Source: Anolis carolinensis
Taxonomy: Eukaryota
NCBI RefSeq assembly: GCF_035594765.1
Contig: NC_085844.1
Location: forward strand, 55,815,923 to 55,879,922
Direction of reading: 5' to 3'
DNA: 64,000 nt
Within the stretch, counting starts at the first letter, position 1, and every line of letters begins with the position of its first letter. Positions 63,500 to 64,000 of this stretch are shown one piece after another. The translations under genes and the position numbers were made by a program. The notes under the pieces were generated by a model. It saw only the letters and a program-made list of their open reading frames with translations. It was not told the origin of the DNA and made no database searches.

Positions 63500-64000
63500 G
63501 GAGGTCTTTAAATGGAGTTATGCGTGAGGGGAGGAGATAGTATTCTTGAGAGCAGCAGCTCATCAAGAGTTAGAGATAATAGCCGAAATATTACAGAGAA
63601 AACTGGACCAATAGTACAAGAATCCAATATGTTATGGGAAATAAACTTAAATAAGCAGCTAGGGAGAATAGTTTTAGATGTCTCTACACTAATGACAAAT
63701 GGGGGTTTATCAAACAAAAATGAAATATTGAAGGCATAATTACAAACAGTTCCAATGGAGAGAGAAAATGGAAAGTGTCCAAAACATCCAGAATGGATTA
63801 CTAAACACTAAGCTAAGTTTCAAAAGTGACATGTACAAAAAAGGGGAGAAGAAGAAGTCACAAAAGAGGGCAGTCAGAAGAGTTAAAAAGCAAAACAAGC
63901 TCTATTGGTTATGTCCATAGCAAAAGAAAGGAAATGGTAGAGCCAATGTATGAATAAGATGATGAAATATGAACAGAGGTTAAAGAAAGGGCAGAAATAC
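63500..64000 (+). mobile_element. Highly degenerate CR1 LINE internal fragment, running off the window end
   Basis: KNEILKA*LQTVPM..NGKCPKHPEW, later ..DMYKK.. and ..KERAEI, resemble the CR1 ORF2 region between endonuclease and RT. Left boundary uncertain. Confidence 0.6.

Overview
AT-rich, repeat-rich vertebrate genomic DNA. The repeat complement (Sauria-type SINEs, CR1, L2, Bov-B, Vingi, Penelope, hAT and Tc1/mariner MITEs) points to a squamate, most likely an Anolis-like lizard. The window lies within the 3' part of ZNF521 (+ strand). Two coding exons are present (38068-38199 and 42811-42926), encoding the last three C2H2 fingers; the flanking exons were not found, so the rest reads as intron. 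The main feature is a complete, very young Ty3/Gypsy (sushi/Tf1-like) LTR retrotransposon at 30936-36622, in sense orientation about 1.4 kb upstream of the first exon. It has identical 368-bp LTRs, a 6-bp TSD and one uninterrupted gag-pol ORF. Its sequence suggests two linked mechanisms. (1) tRNA-independent self-priming: the PBS is the exact 12-nt complement of the predicted transcript 5' end. (2) A 3215-nt GT-AG intron spanning all of pol, whose removal would fuse Gag in frame to a 35-aa acidic tail encoded across the PPT and into the 3' LTR. Other notable items are a SINE-insertion-associated 67-bp hairpin, a Penelope copy with two broken hammerhead-ribozyme remnants, and several nested insertions. 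Four N gaps are present. All calls were made by eye; no database searches were run.
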